Source: Armatimonadota bacterium
GTDB taxonomy: Bacteria; Sysuimicrobiota; Sysuimicrobiia; Sysuimicrobiales; Humicultoraceae
NCBI GenBank assembly: GCA_037446215.1
Contig: JBBIJB010000011.1
Location: forward strand, 329-49,443
Length of the DNA stretch: 49,115 nt
Reading direction: 5' to 3'
In this document: in pieces, positions 1 through 8,251 of the stretch
Layout of the letters: each line of letters opens with the position of its first letter
Numbering within the stretch: position 1 is the stretch's first letter
Translations under genes and position numbers: made by a program
Notes under the pieces: generated by a model
Told to the model about the DNA's origin: nothing
The model's database searches: none
Seen by the model: the letters and a program-made list of their open reading frames with translations, nothing else

Positions 1-797
1 ACAGCCTCGCGGTTGCGGGCGGGGTGATAGTAGCAGCCTACGTTCTGCTCTCGATGCTCGCCCCGGTGCTGTCGCCGCATGATCCCACCAGGATGGTCCC
101 GGGCCAGCAGCTCTCCGGCCCCAGCGTGAGGTTCCCCTTCGGCACAGACGAGTACGGACGGGATGTGCTGAGCCGAGTCATTCACGGCAGCAGGGTTTCG
201 CTGACGATAGCCATCCTCTCCGTCGCCATCGCCGTCTCGCTGGGAACGGGGCTGGGCGTTGCGGCGGGAATGTCCGGACGACAGATCGACAACGTGATAA
301 TGCGGGCAATGGACGTTCTCTTCGCGTTTCCCGCGATACTCCTGGCTCTGTTCGTGCTCGCCATCCTGGGCCCCAAGCCGCAGCACGTGGTCCTTGCCAT
401 AGGCCTCGTCTTCTCGCCGCAGTTCGCGAGAGTAACCAGGGCCGCGGTGTTGACCGTGAAGCACCTCACCTACGTGGAGGCAGCTGAGGCGATGGGCGCG
501 ACGACGGCGAGGCTCCTGCGCCGTCACATCCTGCCCAACATAAGCGCACCGGTCATCGTCCAGGTCTCGGTGACCCTGTCGCTGGCGATCCTGACGGAGT
601 CAGCGCTCAGCTTCCTCGGGCTGGGGACGCAGCCGCCGGCGCCTTCATGGGGCAGCATGCTCAGCGCGTCGCGGCGGTTCATGGAGCTGGCGCCCTGGGT
701 GGCCGTCTTCCCGGGCGTCGCGATCGCGGTCGTTGTGCTCGGCTTCAACCTGGTTGGTGACGGGCTGAGGGACGTCCTGGACCCCAGGCTGAGGTAG
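1..797 (+). CDS. ABC transporter permease, Dpp/Opp/Nik-type inner-membrane component (5' end cut by window edge)
   Basis: ORF 24..797 stays open in-frame back to nt 3 (..SLAVAGG-VIVAAYVLLSMLAPVLSPHDP, the usual DppC/OppC N-terminal segment). Several hydrophobic helices and an EAA-loop-like block YVEAAEAMGATTARLLRRHILPN. Confidence 0.8.
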   Translation, partial: SLAVAGGVIVAAYVLLSMLAPVLSPHDPTRMVPGQQLSGPSVRFPFGTDEYGRDVLSRVIHGSRVSLTIAILSVAIAVSLGTGLGVAAGMSGRQIDNVIMRAMDVLFAFPAILLALFVLAILGPKPQHVVLAIGLVFSPQFARVTRAAVLTVKHLTYVEAAEAMGATTARLLRRHILPNISAPVIVQVSVTLSLAILTESALSFLGLGTQPPAPSWGSMLSASRRFMELAPWVAVFPGVAIAVVVLGFNLVGDGLRDVLDPRLR

Positions 798-799
798 CA

Positions 800-827
800 G
801 GGGCAGGCGAGCCGCCCGGCCCGCCCC
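800..827. terminator. GC-rich hairpin between convergent genes (possible bidirectional terminator)
   Basis: Imperfect stem GGGGCaGGC ... GCCcGCCCC fills the 31-nt gap between the stop at 797 (+) and the stop at 829 (-). No U-tract. Confidence 0.3.
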
Positions 828-828
828 G

Positions 829-1473
829 CTATCGCTCCATGAGCCTCCTTGCCTTCTTGACCCCGCTGATCGCGTCCGTGGCGAAATCGTCGGCGCCTAT
901 TCGCTGGCACCAGCTTGCCGTCATCGGCGCGCCGCCCACCATGACCTTGAACCGCCCACGAACGCCCCGCTCCTCCAGCACGTCCATGACGCGCTGCTGG
1001 TGGATCATCGTCGTGGTCATCAGGGCCGAGATGCCTATTATGTCCGCCTGATGCGCCAATGCGGCATCCGCAAAGGCCTCCGGCTTGACGTCCACGCCCA
1101 GGTCGATGACACGGAACCCAGACGCCTCCAGCAGGGCAGAGACGATGTTCTTGCCTATGTTGTGGACGTCTCCCCGCACCGTGCCGATGACGAAGGTGCC
1201 GCTGCTGCCCAGCACCGCTCCCTCGGCCGCCAGTTGCTCCTGGATCACGGCGATGCCCGCGGAGACCGCCTTGGCCGCCATCAACAGGTTGGGGAGGAAG
1301 AACTCGCCCGACTCAAAGCGCTGCCCGGCCTCCTCGAGGCCCCGCACGAGTGCCCCGTTGAGGATAGCCACCGCGGGCTGCCCTTCGCCGCGCGCCTGCT
1401 CGACCAGCCCTCCCACATCTTTGTGCCTGCCGCCGCAGACCGCGTCACGGATGGTCTCCAGTAGATCGGCCAC
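829..1473 (-). CDS. Cobalamin-binding corrinoid protein (methyltransferase cognate corrinoid protein, MtgC/MttC-like)
   Basis: B12-binding signatures DxHxxG (GDVHNIG), IGISALMTTT and VMVGGAP, preceded by a helical cap domain. The 267-aa track ORF has an Arg/Gly-rich N-terminus that overlaps the upstream gene. GTG at 1473 (rc of cac 1471-1473) sits behind GGAGAGGGGGCGAGG and gives a typical ~214-aa protein. Confidence 0.85.
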   Translation of the reverse strand: MADLLETIRDAVCGGRHKDVGGLVEQARGEGQPAVAILNGALVRGLEEAGQRFESGEFFLPNLLMAAKAVSAGIAVIQEQLAAEGAVLGSSGTFVIGTVRGDVHNIGKNIVSALLEASGFRVIDLGVDVKPEAFADAALAHQADIIGISALMTTTMIHQQRVMDVLEERGVRGRFKVMVGGAPMTASWCQRIGADDFATDAISGVKKARRLMER

Positions 1474-1496
1474 GAGCGCCTCGCCCCCTCTCCAGC

Positions 1497-2900
1497 TCAA
1501 CCCCTTCTGATTATCTCTTCCATCGCGGCCACCTGATCCTCGCTCAGGTACTCCACGGGATCCGCGGCCAGGACGTCCTTGACGTACTGGCGGGCTCGAT
1601 CCCCGATGGTTTGCCGCCCGCCGCGCACCCACTCCTCCCAGTAGTCGGCGTTGCTGACCCGGCCCGTCCAGACCTCGCCCTCGGCCAGCGCGTCCAGGGT
1701 CGTCTCCTGTGCCATGAAGCTCTCGCCCTCGCAGGCGGCCTGCCTGAACCCTTCCAGGTCTATCGTCCGCGGCTCCACGGCAAACCCGCCTATGTGGTGG
1801 CTCAGCATGGAGAAGATCTCGTCGTCTATGACCGCCTGGGTGAACGACGCCATCAGGGCGCTACCCATCAAGCCCAGGCCGACGATCAGGTCGGCCCCGG
1901 CCAACATGGCCTTCAACGCGTTTGTGGCCTTGTCGAACCCCGCCTGGGCATCCGTGGTCAGGGCCGCCGTGTGCAGGACGTAGACGTTGCTGGGCAGCCC
2001 GTACCGCCTCGCCATCTGGGCCATGGCGGCCGCCGCCAGCCCCATGTCGGGATCCGGGCCCACGACGGCACCGGTCCGCATGTAGGCCGTGAAGATCCTC
2101 GAGGCATGCATCAGGGGCACATCGGGGTTCACCAGCCGTGCCATGACGGCGGAGGCCAGGTTCTCGGCGTTCTGGCCCACAAGGACCCCTGCGAGATAGA
2201 GGGGCGCTCCCAGGGCCCGGACCGGGCATGGTAGGCCTATCGTGGGAAGGCCGCTGCCCGCCGCGATGGCGATCGCATCGCATATGTCGGACGGGAACGT
2301 CAGCGGGCTGACCGGTGAGATCATCACCGTTCCCACCGGCCGCCCGGGAGCACTCGCCACCTTGGAGAGCTCCAGGCTCAGCGTGATCTCCTCCGCATCC
2401 GAGACGGCTCCCAGGGAGGCCGGCTTTCCCGTGTATCGGAGCAGGGCGGCCCTGCCGGCCAGCCGCGCCTTGCTGGGGTGCATGTCCGCCGGGAATAGCG
2501 AGGGTACGACGCAGGGCAGGTGCGGCAGCGCATCGAGCAGGCGCACCATCTCCACGGCGTCCTTCAGGGTCGCGTCGCGGGCGTCGCCTGTGTCCAGATC
2601 TGCCACGACCGAAACCGTGCCGGCGTTCAGTAGCCGCGGGACAGAGCCGTCGAGGGACAGTGACCTCCCAGGGTCCGTGCCGTGAAGGGTGATCGTGGGC
2701 TGCGCGCTTGACATTACCTCCATGACGAGCTCACGGGGCATACGAACGAACTCGTCGCCGACGTCAGAGCAACCACCCCGGAGCAGCAGCCTCCTGATCA
2801 GGCTCTCTCCCACCTTCACCCCGACCCTCTCCAACAGGTCGAGAGATCCCTCGTGGATCCTTTCTTCGGCTTCGTCGGTGAGGAACTTGAAGGTGTTCAT
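1497..2900 (-). CDS. MttB-superfamily (trimethylamine methyltransferase-like) methyltransferase, non-pyrrolysine type; probable quaternary-amine:corrinoid methyltransferase
   Basis: 467-aa uninterrupted ORF. N-terminus MNTFKFLTDEAEERIHEGSLDLLERVGVKV and overall length are typical of the MttB family. No in-frame TAG. Sits 23 nt upstream of the corrinoid protein gene. Confidence 0.85.
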   Translation of the reverse strand: MNTFKFLTDEAEERIHEGSLDLLERVGVKVGESLIRRLLLRGGCSDVGDEFVRMPRELVMEVMSSAQPTITLHGTDPGRSLSLDGSVPRLLNAGTVSVVADLDTGDARDATLKDAVEMVRLLDALPHLPCVVPSLFPADMHPSKARLAGRAALLRYTGKPASLGAVSDAEEITLSLELSKVASAPGRPVGTVMISPVSPLTFPSDICDAIAIAAGSGLPTIGLPCPVRALGAPLYLAGVLVGQNAENLASAVMARLVNPDVPLMHASRIFTAYMRTGAVVGPDPDMGLAAAAMAQMARRYGLPSNVYVLHTAALTTDAQAGFDKATNALKAMLAGADLIVGLGLMGSALMASFTQAVIDDEIFSMLSHHIGGFAVEPRTIDLEGFRQAACEGESFMAQETTLDALAEGEVWTGRVSNADYWEEWVRGGRQTIGDRARQYVKDVLAADPVEYLSEDQVAAMEEIIRRG

Positions 2901-3119
2901 GAGCCCCCTCGCAAGGACCGTCCTCGTTGATGTCGGAGCCAGGCGCTGTTACCGGGTACTGCCGCGCACTAGGGCCTTCTCTGCGGCCGGGGCGGACTCC
3001 TCGCGTCGCCGCCCTGGCGTCTGCGCGCGGATCGCAGGTGAAAGCAGGCTTGGCGGGAAAGATGACCACCGGGAGGGGAGAAGCGTGGCGTCTGGGGCAC
3101 GGCCCGAGGGGAGGCCGCG

Positions 3120-4124
3120 GTGAGAGGCGAGGCCGCGGTGATCGGCGTGGACGGAGGCGCATCCAAGACCAGGGCCGTGGTCCTGTCGGCGCGTGGCGAG
3201 GCGCTGGCGACCGCGACGGTCAGGTCGTCGAGCGCCTACCACAGGGAGCCCGAGGAGGCCGCCGAGGTCGTTGTGGCGGCCGCCGTCGAGGCGCTCTCCC
3301 GGTCTGGAGTTGCCCCACCGGTCGCGGCGCTGGGCGCCGGGTTGGCCGGGGCCGACAACCCGGAGGTCGCGCGACGCCTCCAGGCGGCCCTCGAGGCGGC
3401 AGGTCTTGCCGGCACGGTGCTGGTGGACCACGACGCCGCCGCGGCGCTGGCCGGGGGCACGGCGCTCGCCCCGGGCATCGTGGTCATCGCAGGCACCGGT
3501 TCCATCGCCTTCGGGATCGACGAAGGAGGGCGCAGGGCACGGGCGGGCGGCTGGGGACCGCTGCTCGATGACGAGGGCAGCGGCTACGCCGTGGGAAGGG
3601 CGGTTCTCCGGGCCGCGATGCGGGCCCACGACGGCCGGGGAGAGCCCACGGCGCTGGCGGATGCCGTGAGGAGGCGCTTCGACATCTCCTCGCTGGCCGC
3701 CCTCAAGGTCTCGGTCAGGGGGATTGGGATAGACGAGGTCGCCGCGCTGGCCGTGCTGGCCGCCGAGGCCGCCCCGTCGGGCGATGCCGTCGCGCTCCGC
3801 ATAATGCAGAGGGCGGGGGAAGGGCTGGCGGCGATGGTCGAAGCGGTGGCCGGGGCGCTCGGCTGGTCCGGAAGGCCTTTCCCCTTGATCAGGGCCGGAG
3901 GGATGTTCGCGTCGGGAGAGCTCCTGCTGGGCCCGATGAGGCGGGCGCTCGGTCGGGCCGCCTGCCCTGCCGAGATCAGGGAGGCGGCCCTGCCCCCGGA
4001 GATCGGGGCGGCGTTGCTCGGTGCGCGGGCGGCCGGCCTCGACGCCGCCGGCCTAGCCGCCACGCTCCTGCGGCGGGCTGCTTCGGGAGAGCAGGATTCT
4101 CGACAGGGAGGCGAGCCACCGTGA
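3120..4124 (+). CDS. BadF/BadG/BcrA/BcrD-type ATPase family sugar kinase (GlcNAc/MurNAc kinase, MurK-like)
   Basis: N-terminal VIGVDGGASKTRAVV phosphate-1 motif and IAGTGSIAFG phosphate-2-like motif. GTG 3120 lies 5 nt after GAGGGGAGG. The stop overlaps the murQ start (GTGA at 4121-4124). Confidence 0.75.
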   Translation: MRGEAAVIGVDGGASKTRAVVLSARGEALATATVRSSSAYHREPEEAAEVVVAAAVEALSRSGVAPPVAALGAGLAGADNPEVARRLQAALEAAGLAGTVLVDHDAAAALAGGTALAPGIVVIAGTGSIAFGIDEGGRRARAGGWGPLLDDEGSGYAVGRAVLRAAMRAHDGRGEPTALADAVRRRFDISSLAALKVSVRGIGIDEVAALAVLAAEAAPSGDAVALRIMQRAGEGLAAMVEAVAGALGWSGRPFPLIRAGGMFASGELLLGPMRRALGRAACPAEIREAALPPEIGAALLGARAAGLDAAGLAATLLRRAASGEQDSRQGGEPP

Positions 4125-5101
4125 GGCAAGCAGGCCGCGATCCGGAGGGCGTGGACTACTCCACCCTCCCCACAGAGCAGCGGAACCCGAGGTCGATGGA
4201 GCTGGACAGCCTCTCCACCGAGGGGATCCTGCGTGTCATCAGCGAGGAGGACAGGGGGGTCGCCGAGGCGGTTGCGCGGCAGATCCCGCAGATCGCGCGG
4301 GCGGTCGAGGCCGTGGTGCGGGCGATCGGATCTGGCGGTCGCGTGATCTACGCCGGCGCCGGCACCAGCGGCCGCATAGGTCTGCTCGACGCGCTGGAGT
4401 GGCCCCCGACGTTCGGGGTGAGCCCGGAGCTGATCCGGGTCGTCGTGGCGGGCGGGGCCGCGGCGGCCATAGGGAGCTCTGCTCCCTCGGAGGACGACGC
4501 CCCTGCCGGGAAGGGCGAGGTCGCCTCGCTGTCGGCGGCTCCTCCCGACGTGATCGTCGCGATCGCGGCCAGCGGCGTCACGCCTTTCGTCCTGGGAGCG
4601 GTCGAGGAGGCACGCCGGCGCGGCTGCGAGGTGGTCGGCCTGTGCAACGTGCCGGGCTCGCCGCTCGCCGGGGCGGCCGACATCGCGATCGTCCCGGAGG
4701 TGGGGCCGGAGGTCCTGACCGGCTCCACCCGGATGAAGGCGGGCACCTCGCAGAAGATGGTGCTGAACATGCTGAGCACCGCGGCCATGGTCCGCCTGGG
4801 CAAGGTCTACAGCAACCTGATGGTGGATATGCCGCCCTCCAATCGAAAGCTGCTCGCGCGGGCCCGGCGCATGGTGGCCGCGGCCGCCGGCCTGGATCTC
4901 CCTTCCAGCGCTGCGCTCCTCGAGCAGGCCGGCGACAGCGTCAAGACCGCCATAGTCATGGCTCTGGCCGGCGTGGGGAGGGAGGAGGCCGAGCGCCGCC
5001 TAGCGCACAGCGGCGGATGGGTGAGGCAGGCGGCCGGGGTGGACCCCGACCGGCAGGAGCGCGCAGGCCAGGCGCATGACGGAGGTGCTTCTCAGGGATG
5101 A
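4121..5101 (+). CDS. murQ: N-acetylmuramic acid 6-phosphate etherase
   Basis: LPTEQRNPRSMELDSLSTEGILRVISEED ... YAGAGTSGRIG ... LTGSTRMKAGTSQK are hallmark MurQ/SIS-domain blocks. SD GGGAGG at 4106-4111. Confidence 0.9.
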   Translation: MRQAGRDPEGVDYSTLPTEQRNPRSMELDSLSTEGILRVISEEDRGVAEAVARQIPQIARAVEAVVRAIGSGGRVIYAGAGTSGRIGLLDALEWPPTFGVSPELIRVVVAGGAAAAIGSSAPSEDDAPAGKGEVASLSAAPPDVIVAIAASGVTPFVLGAVEEARRRGCEVVGLCNVPGSPLAGAADIAIVPEVGPEVLTGSTRMKAGTSQKMVLNMLSTAAMVRLGKVYSNLMVDMPPSNRKLLARARRMVAAAAGLDLPSSAALLEQAGDSVKTAIVMALAGVGREEAERRLAHSGGWVRQAAGVDPDRQERAGQAHDGGASQG

Positions 5102-6303
5102 TACACGCCGTCGAGAACCTACACGGGAAGGATCCGCGGCTCGTCGTCGGCCTGATCTCAGGAACCTCGGCCGACGGCATAGACGCGGCGCTGGTAGAGC
5201 TCTCGGGCTCTGGCCTGGGGGCGCGCTTCAGGCTCCTCGCTGGACTGACCCTGCCGCTGCCACATAGCGATCGTGAGGAGGTCCTGGCGATGTGCGATCC
5301 GGCGACCGCAACCGTCGACAGGCTGACGCGCCTGGACTTTCGGCTGGGCGAGCTGTTCGCGGAGGCCGCGCTCGCGGTCGTCTCCAGCGCGGGGCTGAGG
5401 CCCGAGCAGGTCGACCTGATCGGCTCCGCCGGCCAGACGGTCTGGCACATCCCGGCGCCGTCCGGGGCCACGCTGCAGATCGGCGAGGGCGCGGTGATAG
5501 CCGAGAGAACCGGGTTGCCGGTGATCGAGGACTTCCGTGTTGCCGACGTCGCCGCCGGAGGACACGGCGCGCCGCTCGTGCCCTACTTCGACCTGATCGC
5601 CTACAGGTCTCCCGACCTCTCCAGGGCTGTGCAGAACATCGGGGGGATCGGCAACGTGGCCTACCTCCCCGCCCGCCGCCCCGACGGCTGCGGGCCGGAG
5701 GATGTCCTGGCCTTCGACACAGGCCCGGGCAACATCGTGATCGACGGCGTGGTGAGGCTGCTGACGGGCGGAACTCGGACCTATGACGAGGACGGCGTCA
5801 TGGCGCGAAGAGGCCGGGTGCACGACGGGTGGCTGGAGGAGCTGCTCGAGGATCCCTACCTTAGGATGCCGCCACCCAAGTCCACCGGGAGGGAGGTCTA
5901 CGGGCTGCCCTACGCGGGAAGGCTCCTGGAGGAGGCCCGCCGCCGGGGCGTGGGCCCCGACGACACCGTCGCGACGGTCTCTGCCTTCACGGCCGACTCG
6001 ATAGCCCGCGCCTACCGCGACTTCCTGATGCCGATTGGAGCCATCGACGAGGTCGTGCTCTGCGGAGGCGGAGCCTACAACCCGTTCCTGCGCGATCGCA
6101 TAGCCGCGGCCCTGGGTGTGCCGGTGCGGCACACCAACGAGCTCGGCGTAGACGGCAACTTGAAGGAGGCTATGGCGTTTGCGCTCATGGCGTCGGACGC
6201 CGTCGCCGGGCTGGCCACGAACGTGCCGGCGGCCACCGGCGCCTCCGCCCCCCGCGTCCTGGGCAAGCTCGTGCCGCCTCCGTCCGCGGCCCGCCGCACG
6301 TAG
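5098..6303 (+). CDS. anmK: Anhydro-N-acetylmuramic acid kinase
   Basis: N-terminal GLISGTSADGIDAALVE motif, 401 aa. ATGA overlap with the murQ stop indicates translational coupling. Confidence 0.9.
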   Translation: MIHAVENLHGKDPRLVVGLISGTSADGIDAALVELSGSGLGARFRLLAGLTLPLPHSDREEVLAMCDPATATVDRLTRLDFRLGELFAEAALAVVSSAGLRPEQVDLIGSAGQTVWHIPAPSGATLQIGEGAVIAERTGLPVIEDFRVADVAAGGHGAPLVPYFDLIAYRSPDLSRAVQNIGGIGNVAYLPARRPDGCGPEDVLAFDTGPGNIVIDGVVRLLTGGTRTYDEDGVMARRGRVHDGWLEELLEDPYLRMPPPKSTGREVYGLPYAGRLLEEARRRGVGPDDTVATVSAFTADSIARAYRDFLMPIGAIDEVVLCGGGAYNPFLRDRIAAALGVPVRHTNELGVDGNLKEAMAFALMASDAVAGLATNVPAATGASAPRVLGKLVPPPSAARRT

Positions 6304-6334
6304 GCCCGTATCCGACGGCCACCGCCCTACACCA

Positions 6335-6343
6335 TGGTATATT
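6335..6343 (+). promoter_or_regulatory. Extended -10 promoter element (TGgTATATT) directly upstream of argS
   Basis: TG at 6335-6336 and TATATT at 6338-6343. The hexamer ends 7 nt before the A of the argS ATG (6350). No good -35. Confidence 0.35.
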
Positions 6344-6349
6344 AAGGCG

Positions 6350-8020
6350 ATGTTCAGAGAGGCCTTGCGGCAAGAGATCCGTGACGCCATCGCCCGCGCC
6401 GTGGAGCGCGGCGCGCTCCCTCCGGGGGAGATCCCTCAGTTCGATGTCGAGGTGCCCAGGGACAGACGGCACGGCGACTACGCCACGAACGCCGCGATGG
6501 TCCTGGCAAGGGCGACCGGACTCAAGCCTCGGGAGGTCGCCTCGGCGATCGTCGAGGCCTACGCGCCCGCGCAGGAGCGGGTATCCCAGATCAGCATCGC
6601 AGGCCCCGGCTTCATCAACCTGACGCTGGCATGGCCGCGGCGCAGGGAGCTGGTCTCGATCATCCGCCGACTCGGCGATCGCTACGGCCTGCAGGAGATC
6701 GGCGCCGGCCGCAGGGTGAACGTGGAGTTCGTCAGCGCCAACCCGACCGGCCCGCTCCACGTGGGAACCGGCAGGAACGCCGTGATCGGCGACGTCCTGG
6801 CCAACCTGCTGCAGTCCCTCGGCTTCGAGGTGAGCCGTGAGTACTACATGAACGATGCCGGCCAGAAGGTCGAGAGCCTCGCGCTCTCGGTGGAGTCCCG
6901 CTACTTCAACCTGCACGGGCGAGAGAAGCCCTTCCCCGAAGGCGGATATCCGGGCTCATACGTGCTCGACCTCGCAAGGGCGGTGGCCGGCCGCGACGAC
7001 GACAGGTGGCTGGCGGTCCCCGATGCCGAGCGCCTCGATCACTTCCGGGAGTTCGCACTGGCCGCCATAGTGGCAGAGATCCGCGAGGTGCTCGAGCGGT
7101 TCCGGGTCAGATTCGACTTCTGGTCAAGCGAGCGGGCGCTGATACGCTCCGGCGCCGTCGACCGGGTGCTCGAGCGGCTGCGTGAGCAGGGACACATCTA
7201 CGATGAAGAGGGCAAGACCTGGTTCCGGTCGACGTCGTTCGGAGACGACAAGGACCGAGTGATACAGCGGGCGACCGGCGAGTGGACCTACTTCGGCAGC
7301 GACATCGCCTACCACCTCGACAAGCTCGCGCGGGGCTTCGACCTCATGATCAACGTTTGGGCGATCGACCACATAGGGGACGTCGCGCGCGTCAAGGGCG
7401 GGCTGGAGGCGCTGGGCGTGCCGCGCGACGCGCTCGAGATCCTGATCTACCAGCACGTGCGCCTGAAGAACGCGGGCGAGGCCCTCCGCATGTCGAAGAG
7501 CACCGGGGAGTTCGTGAGCCTCGAGGAGCTGATAGAGGCCGTGGGCGTCGACGCGGCGCGCTACTTTTTCGCCATGGCCTCGCCGACGGCACCGCTCGAC
7601 TTCGACGTCGCCCTGGCGCTCAGCCCGTCGCAGGACAACCCCGTCTACTACGTCCAGTACGCCCACGCGAGGATAGCCGGGATACTGCGCGAGGCCGCGG
7701 CCGCGGGAGCCGCCGCGCCGGCCCCGGGATCGCCGGAGCAACTGGACCGGCTGGCGAGCGAGCACGAGTGGGCGCTCATCCAATCGCTCGCCGAGTTGCC
7801 GGAGGTGATCCGGGCTGCCGGGCTGCGCCGCGAGCCCCACCGGCTGTGTGCCTACGCCCGAGAGGTCTCCGAGGCGTTTCACCTCTTCTACACACACTGC
7901 CGCGTCCTGTCCGATGACGCCTCCCTCACGGCGGCGCGCCTCTCCCTGGTGGATGCGACGCGCACGGTGCTGACCAGGGTGCTCGCACTGCTCGGCGTCG
8001 GCGCGCCCGAGCGGATGTGA
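6350..8020 (+). CDS. argS: Arginine--tRNA ligase
   Basis: MFREALRQEIRDAI... N-terminal Arg_tRNA_synt_N, class I HIGH-type (SANPTGPLHVGTGRN) and KMSK-type (RMSKSTGE) motifs, anticodon-binding C-terminus ending ..GAPERM. The track ORF (6179) begins inside anmK; ATG 6350 gives the normal 556 aa. Confidence 0.95.
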   Translation: MFREALRQEIRDAIARAVERGALPPGEIPQFDVEVPRDRRHGDYATNAAMVLARATGLKPREVASAIVEAYAPAQERVSQISIAGPGFINLTLAWPRRRELVSIIRRLGDRYGLQEIGAGRRVNVEFVSANPTGPLHVGTGRNAVIGDVLANLLQSLGFEVSREYYMNDAGQKVESLALSVESRYFNLHGREKPFPEGGYPGSYVLDLARAVAGRDDDRWLAVPDAERLDHFREFALAAIVAEIREVLERFRVRFDFWSSERALIRSGAVDRVLERLREQGHIYDEEGKTWFRSTSFGDDKDRVIQRATGEWTYFGSDIAYHLDKLARGFDLMINVWAIDHIGDVARVKGGLEALGVPRDALEILIYQHVRLKNAGEALRMSKSTGEFVSLEELIEAVGVDAARYFFAMASPTAPLDFDVALALSPSQDNPVYYVQYAHARIAGILREAAAAGAAAPAPGSPEQLDRLASEHEWALIQSLAELPEVIRAAGLRREPHRLCAYAREVSEAFHLFYTHCRVLSDDASLTAARLSLVDATRTVLTRVLALLGVGAPERM

Positions 8021-8251
8021 GGGGTCGCCCGACAATCCCCTTGCGCTCGCTGCACGCGTGTGGTAGGAATTACTACGGCAGACAGCCGCAGGCGATAAGG
8101 CACCACGACCGCCTGCAACACACACTCTCCGGTCCGGTCGATTCGAAACTCCCGGGGTCGTGTCCCAAACCATGCAGGACCTCCAGGAACCGTTCGGATC
8201 CTTTCCAACGCACATGCATGATCCCGCGAGCGTGAGGGAGGCGTTACAGAT

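Noticed and set aside
1497-2900. Possible pyrrolysine (in-frame TAG) in the MttB homologue.
   Set aside because: The ORF is continuous for 467 aa with no internal TAG, so it is the non-Pyl type.
8131-8160. tRNA-like T-loop string GGTCGATTCGAAACTCC in the SLH gene leader.
   Set aside because: No acceptor, D or anticodon arms can be drawn around it, and the T-arm consensus GGTTCGAAT is not matched.
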